Shown here: positions 1-13,876 of the stretch, one piece after another | Numbering within the stretch: position 1 is the first letter of the stretch | Layout: each line of letters opens with the position of its first letter | From: Eledone cirrhosa | Taxonomy: Eukaryota | Assembly: GCA_964016885.1 (NCBI GenBank) | Contig: OZ024745.1 | Span: forward strand, 60,760,001-60,824,000 | Direction: 5' to 3' | DNA length: 64,000 bases | The notes under the pieces: model-generated | Databases searched by the model: none | Told to the model about the DNA's origin: nothing | The model's input: the letters and a program-made list of their open reading frames with translations, nothing else | Position numbers and translations under genes: made by a program

Positions 1-111
1 GGAGGTCATATAAGTGTTCATTCATTAATAAATTGCTCCGAAGAATCCAAACCTCGGTTTGGAGGAAACAGTTGTAAGCATAAAAATGTTTTGAACAGTT
101 CTTTGATTCTT

Positions 112-120
<9 letters not shown>
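1..120 (+). mobile_element. pLTR-like fragment with degenerate hammerhead (family B), ending in (TA)n
   Basis: GCT-CCGAAGA-A-TCCAAACC/GGTTTGGA-G-GAAA-CAGTTG-TA-AGC at 35-79; homologous to the arms of the 32131-32444 palindrome. Confidence 0.6.
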
Positions 121-172
<52 letters not shown>

Positions 173-540
173 ATATATATGTATATATATATATACATAT
201 ATATACATATATATGTATATATATATATATATACATAACATTTTTTCCCTTTGATTTATATGAAATTTAAACCATAGGTAAATAACAAGATATGATGCCT
301 ATTCACAAAAGTTTTGAATTGATATTTTGAAAAAAATTATATACATGAAACAAAATAAGAATAAGATTTAATAATATAATTTTGATTTGATATATTACAA
401 AAAATAATGTTTTCCAATTTTTCATGCATTACATTTTACATTGAGTAATATTGAAATGCAGAGTTTTTCTCCATAAATTATATCACTGATTTAAAATCAA
501 TCATCATCTTCTTACGAAAAAAAAAAAAAAAAAAAAATTG

Positions 541-573
541 TGAAACGCAGCAAGGTGCGGGTAATTCAGCTAG
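541..573 (+). mobile_element. Helitron-like 3' terminus
   Basis: Small GC hairpin CGCAGCAAGGTGCG followed ~10 nt later by CTAG|T; 5' end not defined. Confidence 0.45.
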
Positions 574-711
574 TATATATATATATATATATACTCTTAA
601 CACTATGACTTACTAAAGTAAACAAACCACTATCCGGATGGCCTCCAAAAACAACGGTCACCTTTTTGAAAGGGTACGTCAATTATCTATTTGTAAAACT
701 GTTATATATTG

Positions 712-776
712 TATTTTGTCTGATGAAGGCATACCATGATTTAACTTGGTATCCTTGAAATATATATAATGAAATA
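712..776 (+). ncRNA. Type I hammerhead ribozyme motif (family A)
   Basis: Stem I TATTTTGT/ATGAAATA, CTGATGA, stem II AGG-ATACCA/TGGTAT-CCT, GAAA, palindromic stem III, ATA site; related copies at 32603 and 42248. Confidence 0.7.
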
Positions 777-860
777 AATATGGTTTTATAAATATAGTTT
801 CCATTTATTAATATTGTATATCTACTCCAAATATTTGTCGAGTGCTTTATATCAGTTATA

Positions 861-1049
861 ATAATTGTTTCTATTTTAGGCACAAGGCCAGCAATTACCC
901 AGTGCATTACTGGTACTTTATTTTATCGACCCGGTAAGGATGAAAGGCAAAGTCAACCTCGGCGGGATTTGAACTCAGATCGTAAAGGGACGTAACTATG
1001 CTGGAAAGCATGGCGTCCGACCCTCTACCGATACTGCCAATCCACCGCC
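861..1049 (-). mobile_element. tRNA-derived SINE with Meta/MESC-like core
   Basis: A-box-like TGGCAGTATCGG, B box GAGTTCAAATCC, core GCCTTTCATCCTTAC..GGTCGATAAAATAAAGTACCAG, (ATT)n tail; flanking direct repeat TATATCAGTTATAATAAT (TSD). Confidence 0.85.
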
Positions 1050-1108
1050 TTATATATCAGTTATAATAATATTTGCTTGTTGTATCCCAACAATTTAAAT
1101 TGAACTTT

Positions 1109-1312
<204 letters not shown>

Positions 1313-1656
1313 GTGCATTTTAATGGGGTCGTTAAATTAAAGTACCAGTAATACACTGAGATCGATTTAATCGACTTCCCCCTTCCCTCAAATTGTTGGT
1401 TTTGTGCCTAAATCAGAAGCCATTATTTTGACATGGAGACCATAACCTGGGAAGCGGTTAAGAACGTGGTGGATACATAAGAATAGCTGGTCACAAAGTA
1501 CAGTTAACCTATTGACCTGCCAGTTGCATCGATTTTCAAATGACGCGCTGCAATGCATAACGTGCATAAATAGCATCCAAAACTTATCACGTATATAAAT
1601 AAATCTCCGATGACGTTTTTCCCCGGAGCTAACTTCAGTATCTATCTATCTATCTA

Positions 1657-2446
1657 CCAGTCTGTTCTGTAGAACTTTCCGCCATGGACAACTTCCAAAG
1701 GTCCCTGGCCTGGCAGTGCTACCGAGGAGCTCTACCAGTTCGAAATAAGATCTACAGGCACGGACGCCCCGGCAGAGATCCTTTCAAGAGGACGTGTCCA
1801 AGATGCGAGCAGGGCATTGAAACCGTCCTGCACGCAATTGTACACTGCCCGGGCGTAACCCACCTGTGGAACTACGCATAACAACTGCTGTCGCGTATGG
1901 GACAAATCCAGTTGACTGCCGAGTCCATAGTAAGGATCAAACCGCCAACTTCTTTCAAAAACGAGAGGCGGTTTACCTCTGTACAGTGGCTATAATGAAA
2001 GAGGTTATATGGTAGACGAGATTGAGAGGACTGAGGACAGATGCCTTTCTCTCCGGACAACAACTCATTCCTTTCTTTAGGTACCACTTTAGAAGGAGAA
2101 TCAGAGTGGAGAGAGAGGCACTGCACCCCAGTAAATTTACTGAAAGGTGGGTGAATGTAGCAAGATGGCCCTAGTGATTGGGCCTTCTCTGTTTATAAAC
2201 CTGTAGGTTGAAGAAGAGAGGCAAAAGGAAGAAAGGAGCACTTGCACAACACGCTCCTACAGTTGGGGGTTGTTCTATCTACGGGGTATTAAACAACCCA
2301 TTTGTAACGCCTACCCCCTATTGGGGTTTTCGATTGTTAAATTTGTTTGTTTTAATAATATTTTTACACGATTGGATGGAAAATCCCCGGCATGTGTCTT
2401 TGTATTGTCCCCTTTTCTTGTGCGCCCCTGTGGCAAATAAAGAAAT
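1657..2446 (+). mobile_element. Tx1/L1-clade LINE, 5'-truncated copy 1
   Basis: ORF2 C-terminus with CPRC..ETVLHAIVHC zinc knuckle; ends GGCAAATAAAGAAA; TATC repeats on both sides. Confidence 0.85.
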
Positions 2447-2608
2447 ATATCTACCTACCTACCTACCTATCTATCTATTCACCTACCTACCTACCTATTC
2501 ACCTACCTACCTACCTACCTATCTATCTACATATCTATCCACCCATCCATCTATCAATCTATCTCTCCATCCATCCACCCATCTATCTATCTTTCCATCC
2601 ATCCACCC

Positions 2609-2641
<33 letters not shown>
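2447..2641. repeat. Degenerate (TACC/TATC/TCCA)n tract
   Basis: Tetranucleotide mosaic. Confidence 0.9.
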
Positions 2642-2750
2642 CCTTCGCGTCGAAAAACTGGCTCAAAGCCGTTCTCGACGCTAGCACTCTGGCCACGTCG
2701 CCGCTTCTAATTGCCTCTTCTACTCTATCTATTAGCTCCCTTTCCTTCCT
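2642..2750 (-). mobile_element. Inverted fragment of the Tx1-like ORF2
   Basis: Reverse complement of ~2794-2902 with multiple substitutions. Confidence 0.8.
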
Positions 2751-2766
2751 ATCTATCTATCTATCT

Positions 2767-5586
2767 TTAGTAAGGAGTTAGCCTCAAATAGAAATAGGAA
2801 GGAAAGGGAGTTGGTAGATAGTGTAGAAGAGGCAATTAGAAGCGGCGACGTGGCCAGAGTGCTAGGGTCGAGAACGGCCCTGGGCCAGTTCTCCGACGCG
2901 AAACACGAAGGCTGCATCGTCCGAAGCAAACTACGTGCTCTGGGAAACGAGGGGACCAAAGCTGTTAGCTGGGCCCGCGTGTCAGAAGCCAAAAGAGGGA
3001 GTAGATCCACTATCCGGTCTTTGCGAGACCAGGATGGACGGGTGATCCTTGAACCTAAGCAGATGTGCGAGGCTTTTCAAAAGCACTTTGCCAGATTGTT
3101 CGGAAGGAGCGGGGAACCGGTTGGGGAAGTGGACTTCGGTCCATACCTCGACGGCCTGCCGCGTCTCTCGGACAGGGAGGCGAAGTCCTGCGAAGAGCCG
3201 ATTTCAGCCGCTGAGATAGAGGACGTGCTGAGCCAATGCTGGAAACTCAAATCCCCGGGTCTCGATGGTCTTCCATACGAACTATATCTAGCTATGCCGG
3301 ACTTGTTCCCCGATCTTCTCGAGGCGGTCTACTGCAACTGGCAACAGAACGGGAGAATTCCCTGTGCTGTGACCAAGAGCGTAGTCACGCTAGTGAGGAA
3401 GGACGAGAACAAGGGGGACGATATAAATAATTTCAGGCCCATAACTCTGCTAAATACAGAGTTACAGATTTTGGCCAAGGTGCTAGCAAAGAGGTTGGTG
3501 CTTGTCGTGGGCAACCTGGTGGGAGATGCGCAGACATGTGCTATCCCGTCCAGGTACATCCACGACAACCTCCACCTCATGCGATACATCATAGAGAGGG
3601 TTGGGAACGAATCCGGCTTTGGTGGGGCCCTGATCAACTTGGATCAATCTAAGGCGTTCGATAGGGTCGACCATAGTTACCTGGATGCGGTGCTAGCGGC
3701 GGCAGGCTTCGGACCCGTTTTCAGGGGCTGGATCAATGCCATGCACAGCAACCGCATCTGCTCTAGGGTCAAGGTGAACGGCTACCGCTCGGAGCCGTTC
3801 TAAATCGCGCGGTCCATCCGACAAGGGTGCCCTCTCTCCTCCCTTCTGCATGTAATGACTCTAGAGCCACTGCTGCGGAAGTTGGAGTTGTTGATGGGCA
3901 TCCCGTTGGAACCGGGATTGCGGAAAGCGGTGTCGGCCTATGCCGATGACGTAACAGTAATGGTGTCGACGGCCTCGGAAATCGGGGCGATCGGCACCTT
4001 ACTGGAGGAGTACGAAAGGTTTACAGGGGCTAAGCTGAACCGGGACAAGTCGATCGGTCTGCAACTCGGCACGTGGAGGGGCAGATCGATGCCCTCCGAT
4101 GTCGTCGTCGGGCGCTGGACGGAGGGCTCGGTGAAGTTGCTCGGGGTCTGGTTCGGACCAGACCTCCAGGTGGAGAAGAACTGGGGGTGAGGTAACGATC
4201 AGGGTGTTTGCACTGACCCAGAAGTGAGCCGAGTACAAACTGTCCCTGAAAGGTCGGGCGGAGGTGGCGAACACTTATATAGCGTCCGTCATCTACTACC
4301 GCCTGACCGTTGTGCCTTGCCCAAGGGAAATGCTCGCCAAAATGGAGCGCGCACTCTTCCAATTCCTTTGGAAGAAGCGGGCTCCTCTGGTGAGGATATC
4401 CATCTGCTGTCAACACCCTTCGAAAGGAGGGCTGGGAATGCCGTGGCTAATGATACGTAAACACGTATTAAGGCTACGGCACCTTCAGGTATTCCTCACC
4501 GGTCAACCGGTGTGGGCCCCGTTTGTGAGGCGAGCCTTTCCCAGACTCGTCTCACTCACCAAGCTGCAATTCTGGGTCAAGCAAAGACCGAGAAAACTGG
4601 GCGCCTGGCACACCGAGTGTGCCCAGGCGCTCACGGCTCTCCGGCAGGCGGACCCGGCTGTTAGTGGAGAATTCACCTCGTCATTCTATAGAGGGCTGGT
4701 GGTTAGCAGGTGCGACCACGCCCTCGGAGAAGCCCTAGGCATAGAGGAAGACGAACTGGCCAACCTGTTCGGTAGGACATTCAGCCCGGGACCCATGGAT
4801 AACTTCCAGAGGTCCCTGGCCTGGCAGTGCTATCGAGGGGCTCTGCCCGTTCGCGAAAGGCTCTACAGACACGGGCGCCCGGGCAGGGACCCTCGAAAAA
4901 GATCTGTCCCAGATGCGTGTGCGACGAGGAAACCGTTGCACACGCATTGGAACACTGCTCGGGCATTGCCGATCTGTGGGGCTATGTCGAACAACTGCTG
5001 TGAAGGGTGGGACCGATCCGGTTGACCACCGAGTCTATTGTAACGATAAAGCCGCCTCCCCTCTCCAAAAACGAAGAAGAGGCGGTGTTTCTGTGCGTAA
5101 TAGCCATGGCGAAAGAGGTTGTATGGTGGACGCGTCTGAAAGGACTGAGGTCAGACACCTTTCTCTCTGGCCAACAACTGGTCCGTTTCTTCCGATATCA
5201 TTTCGGAAGAAGGATCAGGATGGAGAGAGAGGTGCTGCACCCCAGCCGTTTTTATGAAAGATGGGTGAAAGTGGCGAGAATGGCCCGTGTGAATGGGCCT
5301 TCACTCTACATCAGACTATAGGTGAGGAAGATGAAAGATCAAGGGAGCACCCCCTCTCTGTGCTCCTGAGGAGAAGGGTTGCATACTTTTTTCGGGGTGT
5401 GTGCGACCTCCCAAGGCGCCGCCTCCCTATTGTGGATTTTGTTATTAAATTTATTTTTGTTATATTTTATATATTATTTTTATATTTTGTTATTGCCTCC
5501 TCCTTATTGAGGACGCCTTTTTATGTAAACTCCCCCCATTGTACTTGTCCCACTTTTTGATGCCCTGGTGGCAAATAAAAAGAAAG
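2767..5586 (+). mobile_element. Tx1/L1-clade LINE copy 2: disrupted ORF2 (RT + zinc knuckle), endonuclease missing
   Basis: KSPGLDGLPYE, NFRPITLLN, LDQSKAFDRVDH, QGCPLSP, AYADD motifs over ORFs 2811-3803, 3855-4190, 4264-5025, 5007-5321 with stops/frameshifts. Confidence 0.93.
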
Positions 5587-5602
5587 TTATCTATCTATCT
5601 AT

Positions 5603-7110
5603 CAATCCATCGGTTTGCAACTCGGATCGTGGAGAGGCAGACCGATGCCTTCCGATGGCGTCGTCGGACGATGGACGGAAGGACCGGTGAAGCTCCTCGG
5701 GGTCTGGTTTGGTCCGGACCTCCAGATGGAGAAGAACTGGAACGAGGTGACGGCCAAGGTGTTTGCACTCACCCAGAAGTGGGCAAACTATCCTTGAAAG
5801 ATCGAGCGGAGGTGGCAAACACTTTTATAGCGTCCGTCATCTACTACCGCTTGACCGTCGTGCCTTGTCCAGCCAAAACGCTCGCCAAAATGGAGCGCGC
5901 GCTCTTCCAATTCCTTTGGAAGAAGCGGACTCCTTTGGTGAGAAGATCCATCTGCTGCCAACACCCTTCCAACGGAGGGCTGGGGATGCCGTGGGTGACG
6001 ATACGTAAACACGCGCTCAGGCTGCGGCATCTCTACGTATTCCTCACCGTACAACCGGTGTGGGCCCCGTTCGTGAGGCTAGCCTTCCTACGACTCGTCC
6101 CGCTGACCGAGCTGCAGTCCTGGGTCAAGCAAAGATCGAGGAAAATGGGCGACTGGCACATCGAATGTGCTCAGGCGCTCACAGCCCTCTGGCAGGCGGA
6201 CCGTGGCGATCAGTGGAGACTCCACTTCGACATTCTATAGAGGGTTGATCCGCAGCAAGTGCGACGACGCGCTCGGTGAAACTCTAGGCGTGGAGGAAGA
6301 CGAACTGGCCAGTCTGTTCGGTAGGACCTGCCGCCCGGGACCGATGGACAACTTCCAAAAGTCCCTGGCCTGGCAGTGCTACCGAGGAGCTCTACCAGTT
6401 CGAGACAAGCTCTACAGACACGGGCGCCCGGGCAGGGACCCTTCGAAAAAGATCTGTCCGAGATGCGTACGAGACGAAGAAACTGTCGCGCATGCATTCA
6501 TACACTGCTCGGGCGTTACCGACCTGTGGGGCTATGTAGAACGACTATTGTCGCGGCTGGGACCGATCCAGTTGACCACCGAGTCCATTGTCATGATCAA
6601 ACCGCCACCCTCCTTCAAAAACGAAGGAGAAGCGGTTTTCCTTTGTGTGATAGCTATGGCGAAAGAGGTTGTATGGTGGACAAGGTTAAAAGGGCTGAGG
6701 TCAGACACCTTTCTCTCCGGCCAACAACTGATTCTTTTTTTTCAAATACCACCTTGGAAGAAGAGTCAGGATGGAGAGAGAGGTGCTGTACCCCAGCAAG
6801 TTTTATGAAAGGTGGGTGAAAGTGGCGAGAATGGCCCGAGTGAAATGGCCTTCTCTCTATATCAGCCTGTAGGTTGAGGAAGAAGAGGAAGAGAGGAAAG
6901 GGGTACAAACTCTTCGTACTCCTGGAGATGAGGGTTGCACATTTTTTTCGGTGGTATGTGCTACCCATACGAACTATCTCCCCCTATTGGGGAAAATCGA
7001 TTAACTTTTAATTTACAATTGTGATAACATTTTACACGTTTTTATTGTATGTAAACTCACCCCTTTGTAATTTCCCCCTTCTTTTGTGCCCCTGTGGCTA
7101 ATAAAGAAAC
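5603..7110 (+). mobile_element. Tx1/L1-clade LINE copy 3 (different subfamily)
   Basis: Homologous to 4045-5586, different 3' UTR, TATC flanks. Confidence 0.9.
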
Positions 7111-7141
7111 ATATCTATCTATCTATCTATCTATCTATCTA

Positions 7142-8460
7142 CCGAACAGGGTGTTTGCACTGACCCAGAAGTGGGCCGAGTGCAAACTGTCCCTGAAAGG
7201 TCGGGCGGAGGTGGCGAACACTTATATAGCGTCCGTCATCTACTACCGCCTGACCGTTGTGCCTTGCCCAACGGAAACGCTCGCCAAAATGGAGCACGCA
7301 CTCTTCCAATTCCTTTGGAAGAAGCGGGCTCCTATGGTGAGGAGATCCATCTGCTGTCAACACCCTTCGAAAGGAGGGCTGGGGATGCCGTGGCTAATGA
7401 TACGTAAACACGCATTAAGGCTACGGCACCTTCAGGTATTCCTCTCCGGTCAACCGGTGTGGGCCCCGTTTGTGAGGCGAGCCTTCCCCAGACTCGTCTC
7501 ACTCACCGAGCTGCAATCCTGGGTCAAGCAAAGACCGAGAAAACTGGGCGCCTGGCACACCGAGTGTGCCCAGGCGCTCACGGCTCTCTGGCAGGCGGAC
7601 CCGGCTGTCAGTGGAGAATCCACCTCGTCATTCTATAGAGGGCTGGTGGTTAGCAGGTGCGACGACGCCCTCGGAGAAGCCCTAGGCATGGAGGAAGACG
7701 AACTGGCCAACCTGTTCGGTAGGACATTCAGCTCGGGACCCATGGATAACTTCCAGAGGTCCCTGGCCTGGCAATGCTACAGAAGGGCTCTGCCCGTTCG
7801 AGAAAGTCTCTACAGACACGGGCGCCCGGGTAGGGACCCATCGAAAAAGATCTGTCCCAGATGCGTGTGCGACGAGGAAACCGTTGCACACGCATTGGTA
7901 CACTGCTCGGGCATTGCCGATCTGTGGGGCTATGTCGAACAACTGCTGTGAAGGGTGGGACCGATCCGGTTGACCACCGAGTCTATTGTAACGATCAAGC
8001 CGCCTCCCCTCTTCAAAAACGAAGGAGAGGCGGTGTTTCTGTGCGTAATAGCCATGGCGAAAGAGGTTGTATGGTGGACGCGTCTGAAAGGACTGAGGTC
8101 AGACACCTTTCTCTCTGGCCAACAACTGGTCCAAAGATGGGTGAAAGTGGCGAGAATGGCCCGTGTGAATGGGCCTTCACTCTACATCAGACTATAGGTG
8201 AGGAAGATGAAAGACCAAGGGAGCACCCCTTCTCTGTGCTCCTGAGGAGAAGGGTTGTACACTTTTTTCGGGGGGGTGTGCGACCCCCCAAGGCACCTCC
8301 TCTCTATTGAGGACTTTGTTATAAATTTTATTTTTTGTTATATTTTATTTTATTTTTATATATTGTTATTGCCTCCTCCTTATTGAGGACGCCTTGTTTT
8401 GTAAACTCCCCCCATTGTACTTGTCCCACTTTTGATGCCCTGGTGGCAAATAAAAGAAAC
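7142..8460 (+). mobile_element. Tx1/L1-clade LINE copy 4
   Basis: Very similar to copy 2 incl. 3' UTR, internal deletion near 8132, followed by (TATC)n. Confidence 0.9.
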
Positions 8461-9602
8461 ATATCTATCTATCTATCTACCCTTCTATTTGGTGCTGCCC
8501 CCTATCACTCTGTCTGACTGACCGTTTGTCAAGGTAAGTAGTTTACGGGATTAAAGATCAACAACTAAGAAGTCTATTGAATTGCAGAAGACATAGCGGG
8601 GACCTAAGATACACCTGAGTGGTAATGTTGGTAGTATGAACCAGAGAGAAGGCTGTTAACTCACGTTGAAATGGCAGAGGGAACGAAACTAATAGTTAGC
8701 TGACATTTGTCTGCCAGATATAGGTGAAGGTCTTTATTTTTATAATAAAAGAAACAACATTGATTTGGTGGAGGTTATCAAATTGAGACACCCCTAGTGT
8801 GTGACGTATTAATACAGAATATGTATTAGAGGTCATTTGTGATGGTAAGAGAAGACAAAGATGTCAAGGACGGTGGTTGTTTACATCCGGCTCTATAACC
8901 TTTCAGAGATTTCATGTAAGTGCAACAACTGGAATTAATTCAGTAATATTACATCTTTCAGTGAATAGTTTGTATTTATGGACTCGTAACTCCCAGTGAA
9001 GTCGCGGGAGTGCCGTCTTGGGCAGTTTCATCCCTGAAGAGCCCATCCGCTCACCGGGTAGGAGCACAGTCGATTTCTTCCAGAGAAGGAGAGAGAGAGA
9101 GTTTTGCTATAAATATTGTAAGCTGAGATGTCACACCTATCTCAGTAATAGCTAGGACATGATCGGAACTTAAAATATACATATTATATATGTCTTCATA
9201 TACACCTCTTGGGTGCCAACTTATCTTGTTTTCTTTTAGACTCTTTTGGGGCTAACATTGTGCACGTGTTCACTATAAGGGTGAGACTTTCTGTACTAAT
9301 TCCACACCGACGGCGCTTCACATTATTGCCAAGATAATATATCCACCCCTTTTGTCACTGACTTAGTATTCAAAGCTTGGTCTTACAATGATATCAGTAG
9401 TGTTACACTCACCCATTTTAGATAAATGATGGAGAGCCAATCCCAAGATCTTCCAGTCTTTAACTCGGCTGTTTGTCGTTCAACTTGGCCATGCAATTAA
9501 CGCCATTCCAACCACTGCTTCAGGGGCTGTGGAAGCATTTCTGAATTGGGGGATTGGGGGCAAATTTGGTCAATTTAGTTATAATGATTAGTTCAGTCGT
9601 TG

Positions 9603-9811
9603 TGGATTGGCAGTATCGGTCAGACACCATCCATTGCAGCATGGAGTCATGGCCTTTTATGTTCTGAGTTCTAATCCCGCCAATGTTAGCTTTGCCTTTC
9701 ATCCTTACGGGGCCGATAAAATAAAGCACCAGTAATGCACTGAGGTCGATATAATAGACATTCCCCACCCCTTCAAATTGCTGACCTTGTGCCTAAAGTA
9801 GAAACAATTAT
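9603..9811 (+). mobile_element. Meta-core SINE
   Basis: Same head/core/tail as 861-1049. Confidence 0.8.
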
Positions 9812-10306
9812 GAAACATCAACCAAGATATAAAAAAAAACTTCGTTATGCGATAAATATAACATGTACATAAGTTGTAGCGCATAGACAAATAAATGTGT
9901 TTTTTTGAAGTTTGGGGAGAAAAATATAATTATTGGGAGTTCCACCCCCAGTGCTTCTCTTTTATCCACAGAGACTCGTGTCTTAGACTCTTCTTCACTG
10001 CTAAGGTATATTGAAATAGTATTTCCTTTCTATTTATTAAGTGGTAATTAATGTTTCACCTTTTATTCTCAACACATTCTTTAACACTTATCAGTCTTGT
10101 GTTCAAATCCTACCGAGGTCGTTCAATCAAATTTACCTTTCATCGTTCTGGGACCGGAGCGGCGGGGGTGGGTAGAGAACGATAACATAAAGTAGCAATC
10201 TATAAAGAAGTGGGGGTTCATACAACTGACTTCATCGCTGCCCCCTTTTGCTCCAGACACACACGAATTGCTGTCCTTGTGCCTAAATTAGAACAAATTA
10301 TTATTA

Positions 10307-10648
10307 CAGTTGTCTACCGATATTCGCGGGCGTTACGTTCCTAGAACACTCGCGGAGAGTTAAAACCGCGAATATTGGACGTGGTCCATAAAAATGTCTA
10401 TAAACGTCAAAACATAAAATGTAATAAAAATAGAGGTAGCATCTTATGCAAAGGGGCGTCCAATAAGCCGGCAAATACGGTATATTGTTATTAATAATTT
10501 AATTGCCACGAAAAAAGCCACGAAAAAATCGTGGAAGATCTTTACGATTCCGCGAATATGCGGTGGTTCTACGAACAAATTAATTATTAGTTAGAATCTA
10601 AGGAAAATCCAGCGAATAACCGGAACAGCGAATGCCGGAGGTACACTG
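10307..10648. mobile_element. Tc1/mariner-pogo-type MITE
   Basis: TA|CAGT..CCG.TATTCGC and GCGAATGCCGGAGGTACACTG|TA imperfect TIRs, TA TSD. Confidence 0.6.
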
Positions 10649-10683
10649 TATTCACAATCACCCCACCATCACCACCGCAACTA

Positions 10684-10725
<42 letters not shown>

Positions 10726-10734
10726 TTATTATTG

Positions 10735-11126
10735 TGGATTGGCAGTATCGGTAGAGGGTCGGACGCCAGGCTTTGACGTATAGAGTTACGGCCCTTGCCA
10801 TTCTGAGTTCAAATCCCGCCGAGGTTAACTTTGCCTTTCATCCTTACGGGGTCGATAAAATAAAGTACCAGTAATACACTGGGTATTGCTGGCCTTGTGC
10901 CTAAAGTAGAAACAATTATTATTACTATTATTATTGGCAGTATCGGTAGAGGGTCGGACGCCATGCTTTCCAGCATAGTTACGTCCCTTTATGATCTGAG
11001 TTCAACTCCCGCCGAGGTTGACTTTGCCTTTCATCCTCACGGGGTCGATAAAATAAAGTACCAGTAATACACTGGATAATTGCTGGCCTTGTGCCTAAAG
11101 TAGAAACAATTATTATTATTATTATA
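10735..11126 (+). mobile_element. Two tandem Meta-core SINEs
   Basis: Copies at ~10735-10920 and ~10934-11126 separated by (ATT)n, preceded by (CTA)n. Confidence 0.85.
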
Positions 11127-11379
11127 ATACAAAGTTTTCTTCCTCCACATGAAATGTTTCTTCTATTTTCTGTCACCTTCACCTTTCCTTTCCCAGTTCT
11201 GCTCAGGCTTAAAACTCTTCTCAGACTTTCCTTATCTATCAAAGCGCGCTTGCGTACACTTACACGCTCGAACATCATGTATATATATATGTGTGTGTGT
11301 GCGTGTGAATGTGTACACATACACACACATACATATACACACATTTATAAATATATATATATGTATAATTATATATATA

Positions 11380-11430
<51 letters not shown>

Positions 11431-11467
11431 TTTATTTAATCACACGCATATATGCGTGAGTAAGTAT

Positions 11468-12198
<731 letters not shown>

Positions 12199-12540
12199 CA
12201 CATACTCACTCATGCACGCGTAAACACACATGTATAATATATATATATAAATATACATACACGTGTGTGCGTATGTGTGTGCGTGCGTATGTGTGTGTGT
12301 GTGTGCGTGTGCGCGCGCGCGTGTGTGTGTGTGCGCGTGTGTGTATCTGTGTATTTTATTATCTTCTCCACTTGACCTAAATCTGTTCATGCAACCCTAA
12401 CCCTCTATCATCGCCACTGCCACAATCCCTTTAAATAAGCAAAGAAATAGACGAATAGACGTTTGTCAGCTCTAGGGATCGCTTTACTTGTGTCTGGCAG
12501 GTATCCATTACACACACCTTGACACGAACAATATATATAT

Positions 12541-12700
12541 AGGCAAAATGGAAACAACACAGTACAATGAAGAAATATATTAGTTGAACGCTTGATATAG
12601 TAGGAAAAGTGTCTTTACGTTTCGGACACTAGTTCTTCATCAAAGAAAAAAAAATGAGAAATAAAAGATAAAATAGAAAGATAGAGAGTGAAAGAGGAAG
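12541..12700 (-). mobile_element. PLE pLTR fragment (family C) with decayed minimal hammerhead
   Basis: Minus strand TTGATGA-AGAAC-TAGT-GTCC-GAAACGTA-AAGA at 12612-12646; homologous to 42535-42680. Confidence 0.6.
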
Positions 12701-12735
12701 GAACTGCAAAAAAAAAATTATCTATGCATATATCT

Positions 12736-12792
<57 letters not shown>

Positions 12793-12922
12793 TATTATGT
12801 AATGAAATGACTTCTACAGAACTAGAATTGTTTCATTCATATGAAACATTTCTAGTTCTGTAGAAGTAATTTCTATAAATGATGAAAATGCAGACATAAC
12901 TTGGGAAACTATGCACATACAA

Positions 12923-12984
<62 letters not shown>

Positions 12985-12991
<7 letters not shown>

Positions 12992-13401
12992 ATATATATA
13001 TTGTTATATTTGGGGAGGGTCATGTTGTTATAATATTGCCAGAAATATATAATAAAACACACTCACTGTGTCTATTAGACATTCCAATGCAACGGGAGGA
13101 AACATAATAGTACCACTGATGACGTCGCAGGTGTGTGATGAAAGAACTTTGATAGACTATATATATATATATATTTCTATATTTTTTTTAACGGTTGGTC
13201 AATCAATGATAAACATTGGTTGCTAGCTAAATTAACTTTAGGGATATAAAATATACGCGAAAACCAATCCAAACCAAACAGTGGGTGTATTTTATTATAT
13301 ATTTCTGGCAATATTATAACAATATGAACCTCCCAAATATAACAATATTTGTTTCAACACACGATTTCATATAAAAAATCTTGCAAAACAAATCCATCAC
13401 C

Positions 13402-13402
<1 letters not shown>
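12985..13402 (+). mobile_element. Solo PLE pLTR with inverted short arm, relative of the 21921-30567 element
   Basis: Both ends encode the ORF start M(T/N)LPKYNNI; hammerhead-like CTGATGA-C-GTCGCA/TGTGAT-GAAA at 13111-13154; TA/TG flanks. Confidence 0.85.
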
Positions 13403-13457
<55 letters not shown>

Positions 13458-13459
<2 letters not shown>

Positions 13460-13650
13460 CGAAGGAAATGTGGTAAGGAACCAGGTGGACCATAACGCAC
13501 CAAAGTACTCAATACTTAGGGTAGTAGAGTGGGTAATAGGAACAAGTAAGACCCCGACGGCTGAGCTCAAGCCGTTTCGACAGCTAATTCAGTCCAGAAT
13601 TAGCCGTCGAAACGGCTTGAGCTCAGCCGTCGGGGTCTTACTTGCTCCTA
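13458..13650. mobile_element. Fold-back insertion containing the 3' half of a hammerhead
   Basis: Palindrome 13537-13650; GAAA-CGGCT-loop-AGCCG-TC-GGGG; ~80-nt one-sided tail also present at 20312-20395. Confidence 0.65.
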
Positions 13651-13715
13651 TATATATATATATATATATATATCATATGTAACCCATGTGCAACCACGCA
13701 GTATTCTTTCTTCTC

Positions 13716-13762
<47 letters not shown>

Positions 13763-13777
13763 GCATACACATGTATA

Positions 13778-13876
13778 CAGAGTGTTCCCTCAAAATACAT
13801 ATACACTTCAACAGCATTCTAATAATATTGCCTGTACAGGTAATCAAAGTGTGTATACATTTTTTGGGACACCCTG
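13778..13876. mobile_element. Tc1/mariner-type mini-MITE
   Basis: TA|CAG(A/G)GTGT.CC..AAAAT..ATA.ACACTT inverted termini, TA TSD. Confidence 0.7.

Noticed and set aside
861-1049. tRNA gene calls at A/B-box motifs
   Set aside because: No cloverleaf; followed by SINE core and tail in many copies
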